From a virus, in the IMG/VR virus record IMGVR_UViG_3300037149_000105, positions 1 through 64,000 of that record: a DNA stretch of 64,000 bases; one strand, given 5' to 3'. The position numbers and the translations under genes are program-made. The notes below the pieces were generated by a model. The model was not told the DNA's origin. It saw nothing but the letters and a program-made list of their open reading frames with translations, and did no database searches. Shown in pieces: positions 42,753-51,985 of this stretch. Position 1 is the first letter of the stretch. Each line of letters opens with the position of its first letter.

Positions 42753-44135
42753 TTGTTCAGAAAATCTTCGAAGGGAGTGGACTTCCGGTATCAACCTAAG
42801 ATGAAGAAAATTTCCAGGACTGTCCTTTTGACCTCCCCAGGTAGTTTTCCGGCACTGCCGGAGCCTGCCGGGTACTTCCGCAAGGGGGAGAAGTGGTTCT
42901 GGTACCAATCTGCTTCGACCGGAATCAAATGCGAGGGTGATTGGATGCATGATCGCCGCAGTAATGCGCTTCGCAGCACTGGCTCTGGTGGCATCTTTCA
43001 GGAACTTCGCCAGGAGACAGACTATCAGGATGAGGGGGGCAGCATCGTCTTCCAAGCACCCTTTGATGAGTCGGACTACTCTGAACGGACTCTGCGGTTG
43101 AGAGAAGTGATCAGGCTGCCCCTGGGGGCTTCGAGAGCCCTCTACCATTATTTTGACACCTATCAGGATGTATGGAATTGCTTGGTTCATCTAGACCGTT
43201 CGGGAGTCCTCATCAAAGCTAATACCGGAGACCCCTCAGAGAGAAAGATTCGTCGGGATTACGTCAACCGCCGCAGTCAATCCACTCACCCACTTCGTCT
43301 GAAAAAGCAATCCAGGGTGGGGTCCATTCCCATCAGTTCTGAAATTCGAACGGAACTTAAGCAGATGGTGGGTTTAGATTGGCGGTGCGTCATATCCATG
43401 CGGCTTCTTCGATGGGGGAAGAGGGTAATCTTAGCCTACACCCATAAAGAAACTAGGATTCATGAGGTCAACTTGGAACACCGCAGTATTAATTCCTGCC
43501 GTGACCCACGCTTATGTGATATGGGTATATGTTTCAGCCCCAATGGGATGACTGTGCAGATTCAGAATCCCACTGAAGACCGGCAGGGGAGCTTTGTTCC
43601 CAAAGCCAAACTCACCAAGCAATATATCAATCAACTTGTAGCTCAAATGGTTGGAAAGATAAGGGTTGTAGCAATAGACCCAATCTGCCCTAGCGGTTTG
43701 AACGACATTAAGACTTACCTAACACGTAAGCTCAGGGCTCTACAGGCGGAAGGTGCCATGGAGTTCCGATCACCCAAGCTGGTCTCGTTGGGTGCGAAGT
43801 ACAAAGACCATCCTCAGCATCATCCGCTGCACTTACATGTGTGGCAGAGGAATCTGATGAAGGAATGGTTTGACTACTCGTTAATCTTGGGACTAACTGG
43901 AAGGCCCGTTCTGGTTCGGGAGGTAAATGGAACTCTGATTGGAGGAGACAGCCAACAGGTTATAAATCCGCTTACCCGAGCGAATCACGCCATCCAAACG
44001 GCTTTGGCTAAGATGGACTTGTGGCACGGTGCCACATTCCTACGTAGCAGAAGCTGGCAAAGAGTGCGATCAGCGTTCAACCGTCAACTATGTAAACTCC
44101 AGTCAAAAGAAGAAAATAATCATGAGGATAAGTAG
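42753..44135 (+). CDS. Degenerate TnpB/Cas12f-like protein with extra N-terminal domain, probably nuclease-dead
   Basis: Collinear TnpB-like segments: YFDTYQDVWNCLV, PLRLKKQS, CDMGI...PNG...IQNP (RuvC-I), QYINQLVAQMV...VVAID (RuvC-II), LHVWQRNLMKEWFDY...GRPVLV; no CxxC zinc finger and no RD.NAA.NI; AGGAGG before TTG. Confidence 0.6.
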   Translation: MFRKSSKGVDFRYQPKMKKISRTVLLTSPGSFPALPEPAGYFRKGEKWFWYQSASTGIKCEGDWMHDRRSNALRSTGSGGIFQELRQETDYQDEGGSIVFQAPFDESDYSERTLRLREVIRLPLGASRALYHYFDTYQDVWNCLVHLDRSGVLIKANTGDPSERKIRRDYVNRRSQSTHPLRLKKQSRVGSIPISSEIRTELKQMVGLDWRCVISMRLLRWGKRVILAYTHKETRIHEVNLEHRSINSCRDPRLCDMGICFSPNGMTVQIQNPTEDRQGSFVPKAKLTKQYINQLVAQMVGKIRVVAIDPICPSGLNDIKTYLTRKLRALQAEGAMEFRSPKLVSLGAKYKDHPQHHPLHLHVWQRNLMKEWFDYSLILGLTGRPVLVREVNGTLIGGDSQQVINPLTRANHAIQTALAKMDLWHGATFLRSRSWQRVRSAFNRQLCKLQSKEENNHEDK

Positions 44136-44337
44136 CCCCGTTCCTCTCGCAGAGTGTTACCGTATCCCCTTCCGGGGGTAACACCGCATCCCAACTCGGA
44201 CTTGCAGCCCAGTCTAGCTATGAAAAGGCCGCTCATTACCACGTAACACCCGCAACACTTACCGTAACGTTCGAAGAAATGCTGAAACCCCTCCTTTAAA
44301 GGAGGGTAGAATGAGTATTATCTAGGTATGCCACAAG
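44136..44337 (+). ncRNA. Putative omega-RNA-like scaffold plus guide
   Basis: Hairpin GTGTTAC/GTAACAC (44154-44184); 44284-44313 matches the tnpB right end at 24 of 30 positions; CTCATT (44232-44237) complements AATGAG (44310-44315). Confidence 0.6.
44313..44320 (+). promoter_or_regulatory. Putative phage promoter motif (G/C)AGTA(T/A)TA
   Basis: Also upstream of genes at 45174 (variant), 56712-56719(-), 59177, 61423 and 63992. Confidence 0.55.
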
Positions 44338-45131
44338 ACCTGAACTTAGAATGCAACGAGAAAATCCGAATCAACACGGATATGCTGAAGGACTACAACT
44401 TCTTCCACTTTCGGGATCTCGTCGCACTCCCCAAGATGAACGACCTGATATTTCGGAGTCGGTTGTTCAACACCTCTTGGCTCTCCCGCAAAGAGGCCCT
44501 ACAGAGGCTACAAAAGTTTTTTCTTGAGGGAAATCAATTCAGCCAAACTTTGAGTAAGAAAGAACTATCTCTGGAACGAGATTATCATATCTTGTTTGAT
44601 CCGAAGGAACAACTGGATTTGATACTAGCCGAAGAGGCAGACTTCCTTCCACAAAACCAGACGCACAAAGCACATGAGGATTATGCCCTACTGGCCGAAC
44701 TATCCCGACTTCAGGTCAGGGATGCACTCCCAGAGGATGGGGAGGCTATGTTCAAGGCAATCAACCTTACCCTTAGTAGGAAACTTGTAAAAGTTTCTCC
44801 AACTTGGCTCCCCTGTTATCTACAAATGGATGATGGAACCCTGGTTGGCCCCCAATTTTTTGCCCCTACGGCGGATGCGGCTGAGTCATTTGCTAAGATT
44901 GTTGATGATGCCTTATCCCAAGAATCTCCTTTGACTGAAAAAAAGACAGTTGGGCTGTATGCCCTTGGATTCCTCCCACCCGACCCCACTCTTCTGACTC
45001 AAAAAGTCATTGATGAAGAGTTTCAGATGGTTGAGAAAATTATTATCACAAAACGAGCCCGAGAAGTTCGGAGTGAAGAGCTTAACGAGCCTAGTTGGAA
45101 TCCTGAAAACATTACAACCGACGAACTGTGA
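44328..45131 (+). CDS. Hypothetical protein
   Basis: 267-aa ORF, no recognised motif. Confidence 0.7.
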   Translation: MPQDLNLECNEKIRINTDMLKDYNFFHFRDLVALPKMNDLIFRSRLFNTSWLSRKEALQRLQKFFLEGNQFSQTLSKKELSLERDYHILFDPKEQLDLILAEEADFLPQNQTHKAHEDYALLAELSRLQVRDALPEDGEAMFKAINLTLSRKLVKVSPTWLPCYLQMDDGTLVGPQFFAPTADAAESFAKIVDDALSQESPLTEKKTVGLYALGFLPPDPTLLTQKVIDEEFQMVEKIIITKRAREVRSEELNEPSWNPENITTDEL

Positions 45132-45199
45132 CGTAGGGAATGTTTTTGCATTTCTTCATCACTGGCGGAAATCCAGTATTTGTAATTTAGGAGTAAGGC

Positions 45200-47815
45200 G
45201 TGATTGACAAAGTTTTGACCTATGAGGAACTCTATGACGACTACATCACAAGCAAAGGATTTGATGTAAGTAGTGCATCTGACTCAATTAAGAGTGAAGC
45301 GAATGCTTATGCCAAGTGTTATGATTGGTATATTGAGAAGATGAAGGTTTTACCAGAAAATGCAACTTTGGCATCTCATATTTGGGTAGATAAATATGCG
45401 CTTCACACACAATCTGGGGTTTGTTGCGAGCAAACTCCTGTTGAAATGTGGGATAGGATTTCTATCGTTTTAGCAAATGAAGAAATGAAAAGTTCCTCCA
45501 ATACCAAGGAATTCTCCTATTGGAAGGACAAGTTTTATGGTATCCTGGATGGTTGGAAATACTCACCACAGGGCTCAGGGCTGTTCGCCTTGGGAAACCC
45601 CTATGTGAAGGCCAGCAGCTCTAATTGCTTCACCCTACCCCCACCAGAGGACAACCTGGAATCCATTTTTGATACGGCCAAGAACATGGCTCGTATTTTT
45701 GCTTTTCGTGGCGGGGAGGGTCACGATATCAGTAATCTTCGCCCCCGTGGAGCCGCAACAAACAATGCAGCCCGGTCTTCCACCGGAGCGGCTAGCTTCA
45801 TGGACTTCTTCTCTTATACGACTGGGATGATTGGGCAGTCCGGTCGGAGAGGAGCTAATCTCCTGACTTTGCGAATCAACCATCCGGATATTGAGCTTTT
45901 CATTGAAGAAAAATCTGATATGAAGAAGCAACCCTTTTTTGATGAGTTGGCTTCGGTTGGGATCAACATCAACGATTACAAGTGGGCTGCGGTCGCGGAT
46001 CGTCTCAAGTCCACTTCTCACTCCAATGTCTCGGTTCGGATCAACGACCAGTTTATGAAGGCGGTCAAGGAAGATGGGGAGTATGAGCTTTGGTTTGAGT
46101 TCAGGGATAACGCCTACTCTCGAATTTCAAGAATGATTAAGGCCCGAGTCCTGTGGGACAAGTTGATGTACCATGCGTGGAGTTCGGCTGAACCGGGAAT
46201 TCTCAACTGGGACCACATCATCCGAGAGTCCCCAGCAGACCAATACACTAATCTTCCAGAGATTGAGTTCACCGATCCTGCAACCGGTGAGACCAAATGG
46301 GTCACCTATTCATTTGAAACCGTTGGACTTAATCCCTGCGCGGAGGAAGTATTAAGCGCTTATGACTCCTGCAACCTGGGTCTCTTTCTCCTCCCCACTT
46401 TTGTGAAGAATCCATACACTCCAGAGGCAAGCTTTGACTTCCAGGCTTATGCTGAAGTCGTTGCCATGGGGGTGAGAGCACAGGACAATATCAAATCATG
46501 GGATCTCCCGATTCTCCCACTTGAAGGTAATCGTATCGCTGGGGTGTTGGGTCGTCGCATCTCCGTAGGTAACACTGGATTGGCTGATGCGCTGGCCATG
46601 CTGGGTCTTCGTTATGATACGGATGAAGCAATACAAATGGCCGAGTCCATCTATGATTTCTTGGCCAATACTGCTTATCAAACTTCTGCTCTGTTGGCCG
46701 AGGAGAAGGGCAGCTTCCAGATTTTTGACTGGGAGCGTCATAAGAAATGCCCCTTCATTCAACGTCTGAGTAAAGAAACTCAGAAGATGATCCGGACCAA
46801 AGGTCTGCGAAATATTGGGTTACTCACTCAGTCCCCTGCGGGTTCCTTGAGCATTCTTATGCGAAACTGCACCTCTGGAATTGAGCCGCTTTTCTTGGCA
46901 GCAATGAATCGTAGCGTGAAAGTTCCCGGATCTGGAGATACGGTTCAATACATCGTCTATCACCAGGGAATCCAAGATGCGTTGAACATCAACCCCAATT
47001 TCGATATGTCTGTCTATGTGGAGGCCAACTCTATCGATTACCACAAGCGAATCAAGATGCAAGCAGCTATTCAGCAACACATTGACCATAGCATTAGTTC
47101 CACCGTTAATCTCCCAAATGATGCCACCGTTGAAGATGTGAGCCAGCTTTACATGGAAGCATATGATAACGGACTGAAAGGAATAACTGTTTATCGAGAT
47201 GGATGCCGTTCGGGAGTGCTAAATAGCATCAAGAAGGAAGTTGTAGACCCGATTGTTCGAAGAGAACGGCCTAAAACCACTGATATCAAGATTCACAAGG
47301 TCAAATACAAGGATAAACCCTGGTCCGTGCTGGTGGGGCTGGTTAATGGCACCCCCATTGAAGTATTTGCTGGAGTAGAAGAGGACACTCCCCTTCCCAA
47401 CAAATACTATAAGGCAGAACTTGTTAAAAAGTCACGAGGCCATTACTCTCTCACTGTATGGCTTAGCGAGGATGAAGAAAGTGATATTGTAAAAATTAGT
47501 AATATTGGCGCTCGTTTCCCTTCCCCGGAGGGTTTAGCACTTACTCGGTTTATCTCATTATCTCTTAGGAATGGCGTGATGGTTTCAGATATTTGTGAAC
47601 AGCTTCAAAAATCTTCAAACTCCCTTTTTGATTACCCCAGTGTGTTAAATCGAGTACTAAAAAACTACGTTCCTGATGAAGAGGCTATAGCTAAAGAACT
47701 AGCTAAAGGAGAAGTGTGTCCGCTTTGTGGGGCGGAGCTAGTGTTTAAACGAGAGAGTGGGTGTTTAGTTAAACTCTGTAGTTCTTGCAATTTTATGGAT
47801 TCTAAGTGTGGGTAG
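45200..47815 (+). CDS. nrdJ: Adenosylcobalamin-dependent (class II) ribonucleotide reductase
   Basis: SNCF, LRPRGA, GQSGRRGA, AEPGI, NPCAE, GLRN, TSGIEP, QQHIDHSISSTVNLP, KGITVYRDG; C-terminal domain with Zn ribbon. Confidence 0.92.
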   Translation: MIDKVLTYEELYDDYITSKGFDVSSASDSIKSEANAYAKCYDWYIEKMKVLPENATLASHIWVDKYALHTQSGVCCEQTPVEMWDRISIVLANEEMKSSSNTKEFSYWKDKFYGILDGWKYSPQGSGLFALGNPYVKASSSNCFTLPPPEDNLESIFDTAKNMARIFAFRGGEGHDISNLRPRGAATNNAARSSTGAASFMDFFSYTTGMIGQSGRRGANLLTLRINHPDIELFIEEKSDMKKQPFFDELASVGININDYKWAAVADRLKSTSHSNVSVRINDQFMKAVKEDGEYELWFEFRDNAYSRISRMIKARVLWDKLMYHAWSSAEPGILNWDHIIRESPADQYTNLPEIEFTDPATGETKWVTYSFETVGLNPCAEEVLSAYDSCNLGLFLLPTFVKNPYTPEASFDFQAYAEVVAMGVRAQDNIKSWDLPILPLEGNRIAGVLGRRISVGNTGLADALAMLGLRYDTDEAIQMAESIYDFLANTAYQTSALLAEEKGSFQIFDWERHKKCPFIQRLSKETQKMIRTKGLRNIGLLTQSPAGSLSILMRNCTSGIEPLFLAAMNRSVKVPGSGDTVQYIVYHQGIQDALNINPNFDMSVYVEANSIDYHKRIKMQAAIQQHIDHSISSTVNLPNDATVEDVSQLYMEAYDNGLKGITVYRDGCRSGVLNSIKKEVVDPIVRRERPKTTDIKIHKVKYKDKPWSVLVGLVNGTPIEVFAGVEEDTPLPNKYYKAELVKKSRGHYSLTVWLSEDEESDIVKISNIGARFPSPEGLALTRFISLSLRNGVMVSDICEQLQKSSNSLFDYPSVLNRVLKNYVPDEEAIAKELAKGEVCPLCGAELVFKRESGCLVKLCSSCNFMDSKCG

Positions 47816-47816
47816 G

Positions 47817-48533
47817 ATGAAAAGTGGGATTAGAGACCTAACAGGGTTAATAGTGGGAAAACTGACGGTGGTATCCCCATCTTCACGAAGGAGTAAAAAT
47901 GGTAGCTGCTACTGGGTATGTCAATGTTCCTGTGGTAATCAAGTAGAGATTCAGAGCCAGCGGCTTACTTACTCTGGGAGAAAGACATCTTCTTGTGGGT
48001 GCTCACGAGTAGCCCCCTTAGAAGGAAAAACATTCGGAAGGCTCACAGTCTTGGAACGAGCATCTAAAGTAGGAGGGAGGGACACCTTTTGGAAATGTAT
48101 GTGCTCCTGTGGTAACGAGGTCGTTGTCTCAACCTCTCATTTAAAAGCTAGCACTGCTTCGTGTGGTTGCTTACAGAGGGATTGTGTAAGAGATTATTTT
48201 AGACACTACAGAAAATCTTCTGGCAGAGATGAGAATACCCTTCTCACTTCAATTGATGAGCAGCTAAGGGGGGTGATAAAATCTTCTGGAGTTAAACGTA
48301 AAGTCTTACTACGAGATGGGTTTAAATGTCAAATTTGTGGGGACCATTATAATTTAAGAGTCCATCACATTATCCCCTTAAGTAAAGATAACACAAAGGC
48401 CATTCTTATGTCTAATTTGATAACTTTGTGCCATTACTGTCACAAAATATCTGCACATGATGGGCACAACCATAAACTAAATCCTTTTGTTCAGAAATTC
48501 TTTATATCAATTACCACGAAGGAGAAGTTATGA
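47817..48533 (+). CDS. Free-standing HNH homing endonuclease
   Basis: Two G...G.LTV...W.C.CSCGN...SCGC repeats plus RDGFKCQICG...VHHI...NLITLC..CH. Confidence 0.88.
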   Translation: MKSGIRDLTGLIVGKLTVVSPSSRRSKNGSCYWVCQCSCGNQVEIQSQRLTYSGRKTSSCGCSRVAPLEGKTFGRLTVLERASKVGGRDTFWKCMCSCGNEVVVSTSHLKASTASCGCLQRDCVRDYFRHYRKSSGRDENTLLTSIDEQLRGVIKSSGVKRKVLLRDGFKCQICGDHYNLRVHHIIPLSKDNTKAILMSNLITLCHYCHKISAHDGHNHKLNPFVQKFFISITTKEKL

Positions 48534-48964
48534 ATGAAGCATTGCGTGTTTTTCGATCCGCCCCTACGGCTAAGTTGCCCTCCAAGGCAAATTTTACAGA
48601 TACAGGTTACGATTTGTTTGTGAACCAGGAATGTCTTGTAACCGAGGCCCCCCATGCCTACCCAACAGGTATCAAGCTCCTCATTCCTCCTGGATATTGG
48701 GTCAAGTTTCTTGAAAAAAGTGGTAAAGCCCTGAAGGGATTGAAGATTCACGGAGGGGTAATTGATAATGAGTATACGGGAGAACTCAAGGTCATTGCCT
48801 CCGCTTACCCCCCACTTCATCTTCAGGCCGGTGATGCTATTTGCCAGTTTAGTCTTGAGCAGCTTACGCTTATGCCCTTGACTGAGATATCCGAAGAAGA
48901 ATTTTTAGAGGGGCAGGAGAAGAGCCAACGCAAGGATGCTGGCTTTGGTTCCACGGGTCGCTGA
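48530..48964 (+). CDS. dut: Trimeric dUTPase
   Basis: GYDL, KSG, GVIDNEYTGE and R..AGFGSTG motifs. Confidence 0.92.
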   Translation: MNEALRVFRSAPTAKLPSKANFTDTGYDLFVNQECLVTEAPHAYPTGIKLLIPPGYWVKFLEKSGKALKGLKIHGGVIDNEYTGELKVIASAYPPLHLQAGDAICQFSLEQLTLMPLTEISEEEFLEGQEKSQRKDAGFGSTGR

Positions 48965-48973
48965 AAGTTTTTG

Positions 48974-49003
48974 TATACAGATTCTCCTGCCAACCGGTAT
49001 CAT
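48974..49003 (+). promoter_or_regulatory. Putative sigma70-like early promoter TATACA-N18-TATCAT
   Basis: Same spacing at 49729-49758 (TATACA-N18-TATACT) and 51936-51965 (TATGTA-N18-TATAAT). Confidence 0.6.
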
Positions 49004-49019
49004 AGGGTAGGAGGCTCTG

Positions 49020-49367
49020 ATGAGCAACGAGCAGACTCACCATGAAGGCGGATTTTGGGGTGGCATCACACTCGTCAGCATTCTATGGACTGTGCTGACG
49101 TTTGCTGTTTTCTTCATCTGCTTTAGCCTCATCTACTTTCTGGTGGTCTTCACGGTCTATGCAATTTGGTACTACTGCGAAGAGTTTGCAGGATGCCCTA
49201 AACAGTTATTACAATCTTATAACCCAGAGACCGGAAAACTCCATGAAATTATGGTTGATCGCAACCCGGCTGATATTATTTCAGTTTTCAACTTCTTTGC
49301 TGGAGTAATTTATTCAGTCATTGGGCTTTTTCTGCTTTGGCTTTTTCTCAAAGCCCTGACTATGTAA
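49020..49367 (+). CDS. Small membrane protein
   Basis: Long hydrophobic segments at both ends; GGAGG RBS. Confidence 0.7.
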   Translation: MSNEQTHHEGGFWGGITLVSILWTVLTFAVFFICFSLIYFLVVFTVYAIWYYCEEFAGCPKQLLQSYNPETGKLHEIMVDRNPADIISVFNFFAGVIYSVIGLFLLWLFLKALTM

Positions 49368-49398
49368 TACCTACCCACAGCCCTAAAGGAGGGGTCAT

Positions 49399-49719
49399 AT
49401 GAGTCAAGAAACATTTTTCATCGGTTCCGCTCCCTATGAGGAGGACTGCGCCCAAACCACAGACCCAAACTTCACTCAGCAAAATATGCTTGAGTGTCGG
49501 GTCTACATGGAGCAACTTCTTCGTGTGTTTGGGGTTTGTTCCGCCAAAGCCTTCCTGGCCATCAAGGCACAGAGCCATGACTTCGGAACTTACCGAGAAG
49601 TGGTAGTCAACTTCAACCCGGATGACCCGGATGCTGAGAAATACGCCATAGAGGTTGAGGGTGGCATCCCCAAGTGGGACGAGACCGCCCTGGAACAACT
49701 CAAGGGCGAAAAAAATTAA
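49399..49719 (+). CDS. Phage hypothetical protein
   Basis: 106 aa; IGSAPYEEDCAQ...HDFGTYREVVV; AGGAGG RBS. Confidence 0.75.
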   Translation: MSQETFFIGSAPYEEDCAQTTDPNFTQQNMLECRVYMEQLLRVFGVCSAKAFLAIKAQSHDFGTYREVVVNFNPDDPDAEKYAIEVEGGIPKWDETALEQLKGEKN

Positions 49720-49776
49720 AACTTCTCCTATACAAAACCCTAGTCAGTGCGATATACTGATTGTGGAGGAGAAAAC

Positions 49777-51927
49777 ATGAAACTGCAAGAAACCCAGAGT
49801 GCGGTGATGACTGGTGGGCTGGAAAATGCCCCTCATAAGTTCACCATTCAGGCAACGGCCAAGGCGTTTCAGATCCTGTCGAGTGGGCTCTACACCCACA
49901 AGATCAAGGCAGTGATCCGTGAACTGTCTTGCAATGCCTATGATGCCCACGTGGCGGTCGGATGTGTGGACAAGCCGTTCGACATTCATCTCCCTAACCA
50001 GTTTGAGCCCTTCTTCCGGGTCACCGACTATGGTCCTGGTTTGTCCGAAAAAGATATTTATGATATCTACGTCAGCTTTTTCACTTCCACAAAAATAGAA
50101 TCCAACGATTACATCGGTGCGCTGGGCTTGGGCTCGAAGTCCCCATTCTCCTACACCCAGACCTTCACCGTCACCAGCCGTTTTGACGGGATGAAGAAAA
50201 TCTACACCGCCTTCCTGACCGATGAGGGAATGCCCAGCATCGTCAAGATGTCGGAAGAGGCTTATGACGGTCCAACCGGTCTGGATGTCCAGGTGGCAGT
50301 CAAGTCCAACGACTTCTATACCTTCCAGACGGATGCGGCCATTACCTTCGTCTATTTCCCCGTCACCCCCAATTTCACCGGAGCCAAGGTCCGGATCGAG
50401 AAGCCAGTCTACTCAACCAAGGGGACCGGTTGGGCTATTCGTAAGGATGCCTACGGGGATGGTGGGGCCAGGGCCATCCAGGGAGTGGTCGCCTATCCGG
50501 TTCCCCACACGAACGATGCTCAGGCCGATGAGCTGCTTCGCTTGGGTGTGGATATGTTCTTCCAGATTGGTGAACTTGAAGTTTCGGCTTCCCGCGAGTC
50601 CCTGTCGATGAACAAAGCCACCTCCAAGAATCTGGCCGACCGGATCAAGATGGTCGCCACCGAAATTGGTGCGGAAGTCAGCAAGACCATCGCCAACGCT
50701 CCCACTCTGTGGGAAGCGGTCACGCTTTACAACGAACTGATGAAGAACAACTCCATCCGCTACGCCCTCAAAAACGTGGACATCATGTGGAATGGCCAGA
50801 AGGTTCCGGACTACATCGAAGTCAAGCCCCAGGACCACCCCACCCTGTCCCTGTATGCCTGTGAGAAGCGGGGTTATCGGCACGGTGTGAAGGAGACGAG
50901 CAACCAATTTGTCAAACCCCAGACTCATATTCTGATCCGGAACGACCTCACCAGGGGTTCCAAGGGTGTGCTGACCCGCTGGATCAAGCAGTTTGGCCAG
51001 GGTGGTCAAGGCACGGTCTGGTACCTGATCGGCCCTGGCTTCGGTCAGAAATTTGAAGCCGTGCAGGAAGACATCAATGAGTTCATTTCCAGTGTGTTGG
51101 GTGGACCGACTGAAATCAAACTCCTGAGCACGATGAAGGCCGAACTGCCTAAGATTGTTCGGACCGCCTCTGGCAAGCTCAAGAACTCTTTTCAGGTGTT
51201 CCAGATGACTGCTACGGCCTGGAAGGGCGCATGGGCTGAAGTGGACGAAGATGAAGACTTCAGTGGTGATCAATACTTCTACATCCGCACTTTCAAGAAC
51301 CAGCCCGGTCTCAAGGATGGCATGTCCTGCCCTGAAGACCACATTTCAGAGCCCCGCAGCCTGTATGGTCTCTGCAAGCTGATGGTTCAGTTGGGTCACA
51401 TGACTGCCGATGACCAAATCTTCAGCGGTAGCCCTCGCTTCATGGCCGAACTGAACCGGATGGACCCTGAGGAGCGGGAAAAATGGGTGGACCTGACCGA
51501 GGTGGCCATGAAGGCTTTGGCTTTCACTCCCACTGAACTGGAAGAACTGAAGCAAGCCACCACCGTCTCGTTCTACGATACCGGCCTGAAGACTCCTCGC
51601 CATAACCTGGAGGACACTCTTCAGTCGGTCGGCATCAACGATGACAATCGGACCATTCCGGCCATCGCTGACATCGAGAAAGCCTACAAGACTCACTTCA
51701 TCGCTGAAAAGATTGTTTCCTCCCATAAGGTTCGTCTCGAACTGGCCAGGGTGTTTGGCAAGAGCCCAATCAGTCAGAGCGGCAAGGCCATCGAGATGCC
51801 CAACCTCTCCAAAGCTACAGAGAAGTTTGGTCTTCTGGCCAGCGCCTTCACTCACTATGCTGAGTGGAGTCAGTTGAAGGAAGCGGTCAGTCTGATTGAA
51901 GCCCTGTTCCTTACCGAAAAAATCTGA
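49777..51927 (+). CDS. rIIA: rIIA-like protein with N-terminal GHKL ATPase fold
   Basis: ILSSGLY...AVIRELSCNAYDAH, DYGPGLS, GALGLGSKSPFSY, SASRESLS; adjacent to rIIB. Confidence 0.9.
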   Translation: MKLQETQSAVMTGGLENAPHKFTIQATAKAFQILSSGLYTHKIKAVIRELSCNAYDAHVAVGCVDKPFDIHLPNQFEPFFRVTDYGPGLSEKDIYDIYVSFFTSTKIESNDYIGALGLGSKSPFSYTQTFTVTSRFDGMKKIYTAFLTDEGMPSIVKMSEEAYDGPTGLDVQVAVKSNDFYTFQTDAAITFVYFPVTPNFTGAKVRIEKPVYSTKGTGWAIRKDAYGDGGARAIQGVVAYPVPHTNDAQADELLRLGVDMFFQIGELEVSASRESLSMNKATSKNLADRIKMVATEIGAEVSKTIANAPTLWEAVTLYNELMKNNSIRYALKNVDIMWNGQKVPDYIEVKPQDHPTLSLYACEKRGYRHGVKETSNQFVKPQTHILIRNDLTRGSKGVLTRWIKQFGQGGQGTVWYLIGPGFGQKFEAVQEDINEFISSVLGGPTEIKLLSTMKAELPKIVRTASGKLKNSFQVFQMTATAWKGAWAEVDEDEDFSGDQYFYIRTFKNQPGLKDGMSCPEDHISEPRSLYGLCKLMVQLGHMTADDQIFSGSPRFMAELNRMDPEEREKWVDLTEVAMKALAFTPTELEELKQATTVSFYDTGLKTPRHNLEDTLQSVGINDDNRTIPAIADIEKAYKTHFIAEKIVSSHKVRLELARVFGKSPISQSGKAIEMPNLSKATEKFGLLASAFTHYAEWSQLKEAVSLIEALFLTEKI

Positions 51928-51985
51928 AGTTTTCCTATGTAGTTCCACCCAATAGTGGGTATAATATTCTGAGGAGAGAACTCAC

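Noticed and set aside
44284-44306. CCCTCC-TTTAAA-GGAGGG as a simple terminator
   Set aside because: No U-tract follows, and the resemblance to the tnpB right end explains it better; not fully excluded
45200-47815. Intein or intron in nrdJ
   Set aside because: Motifs are contiguous in one frame with no splicing signatures
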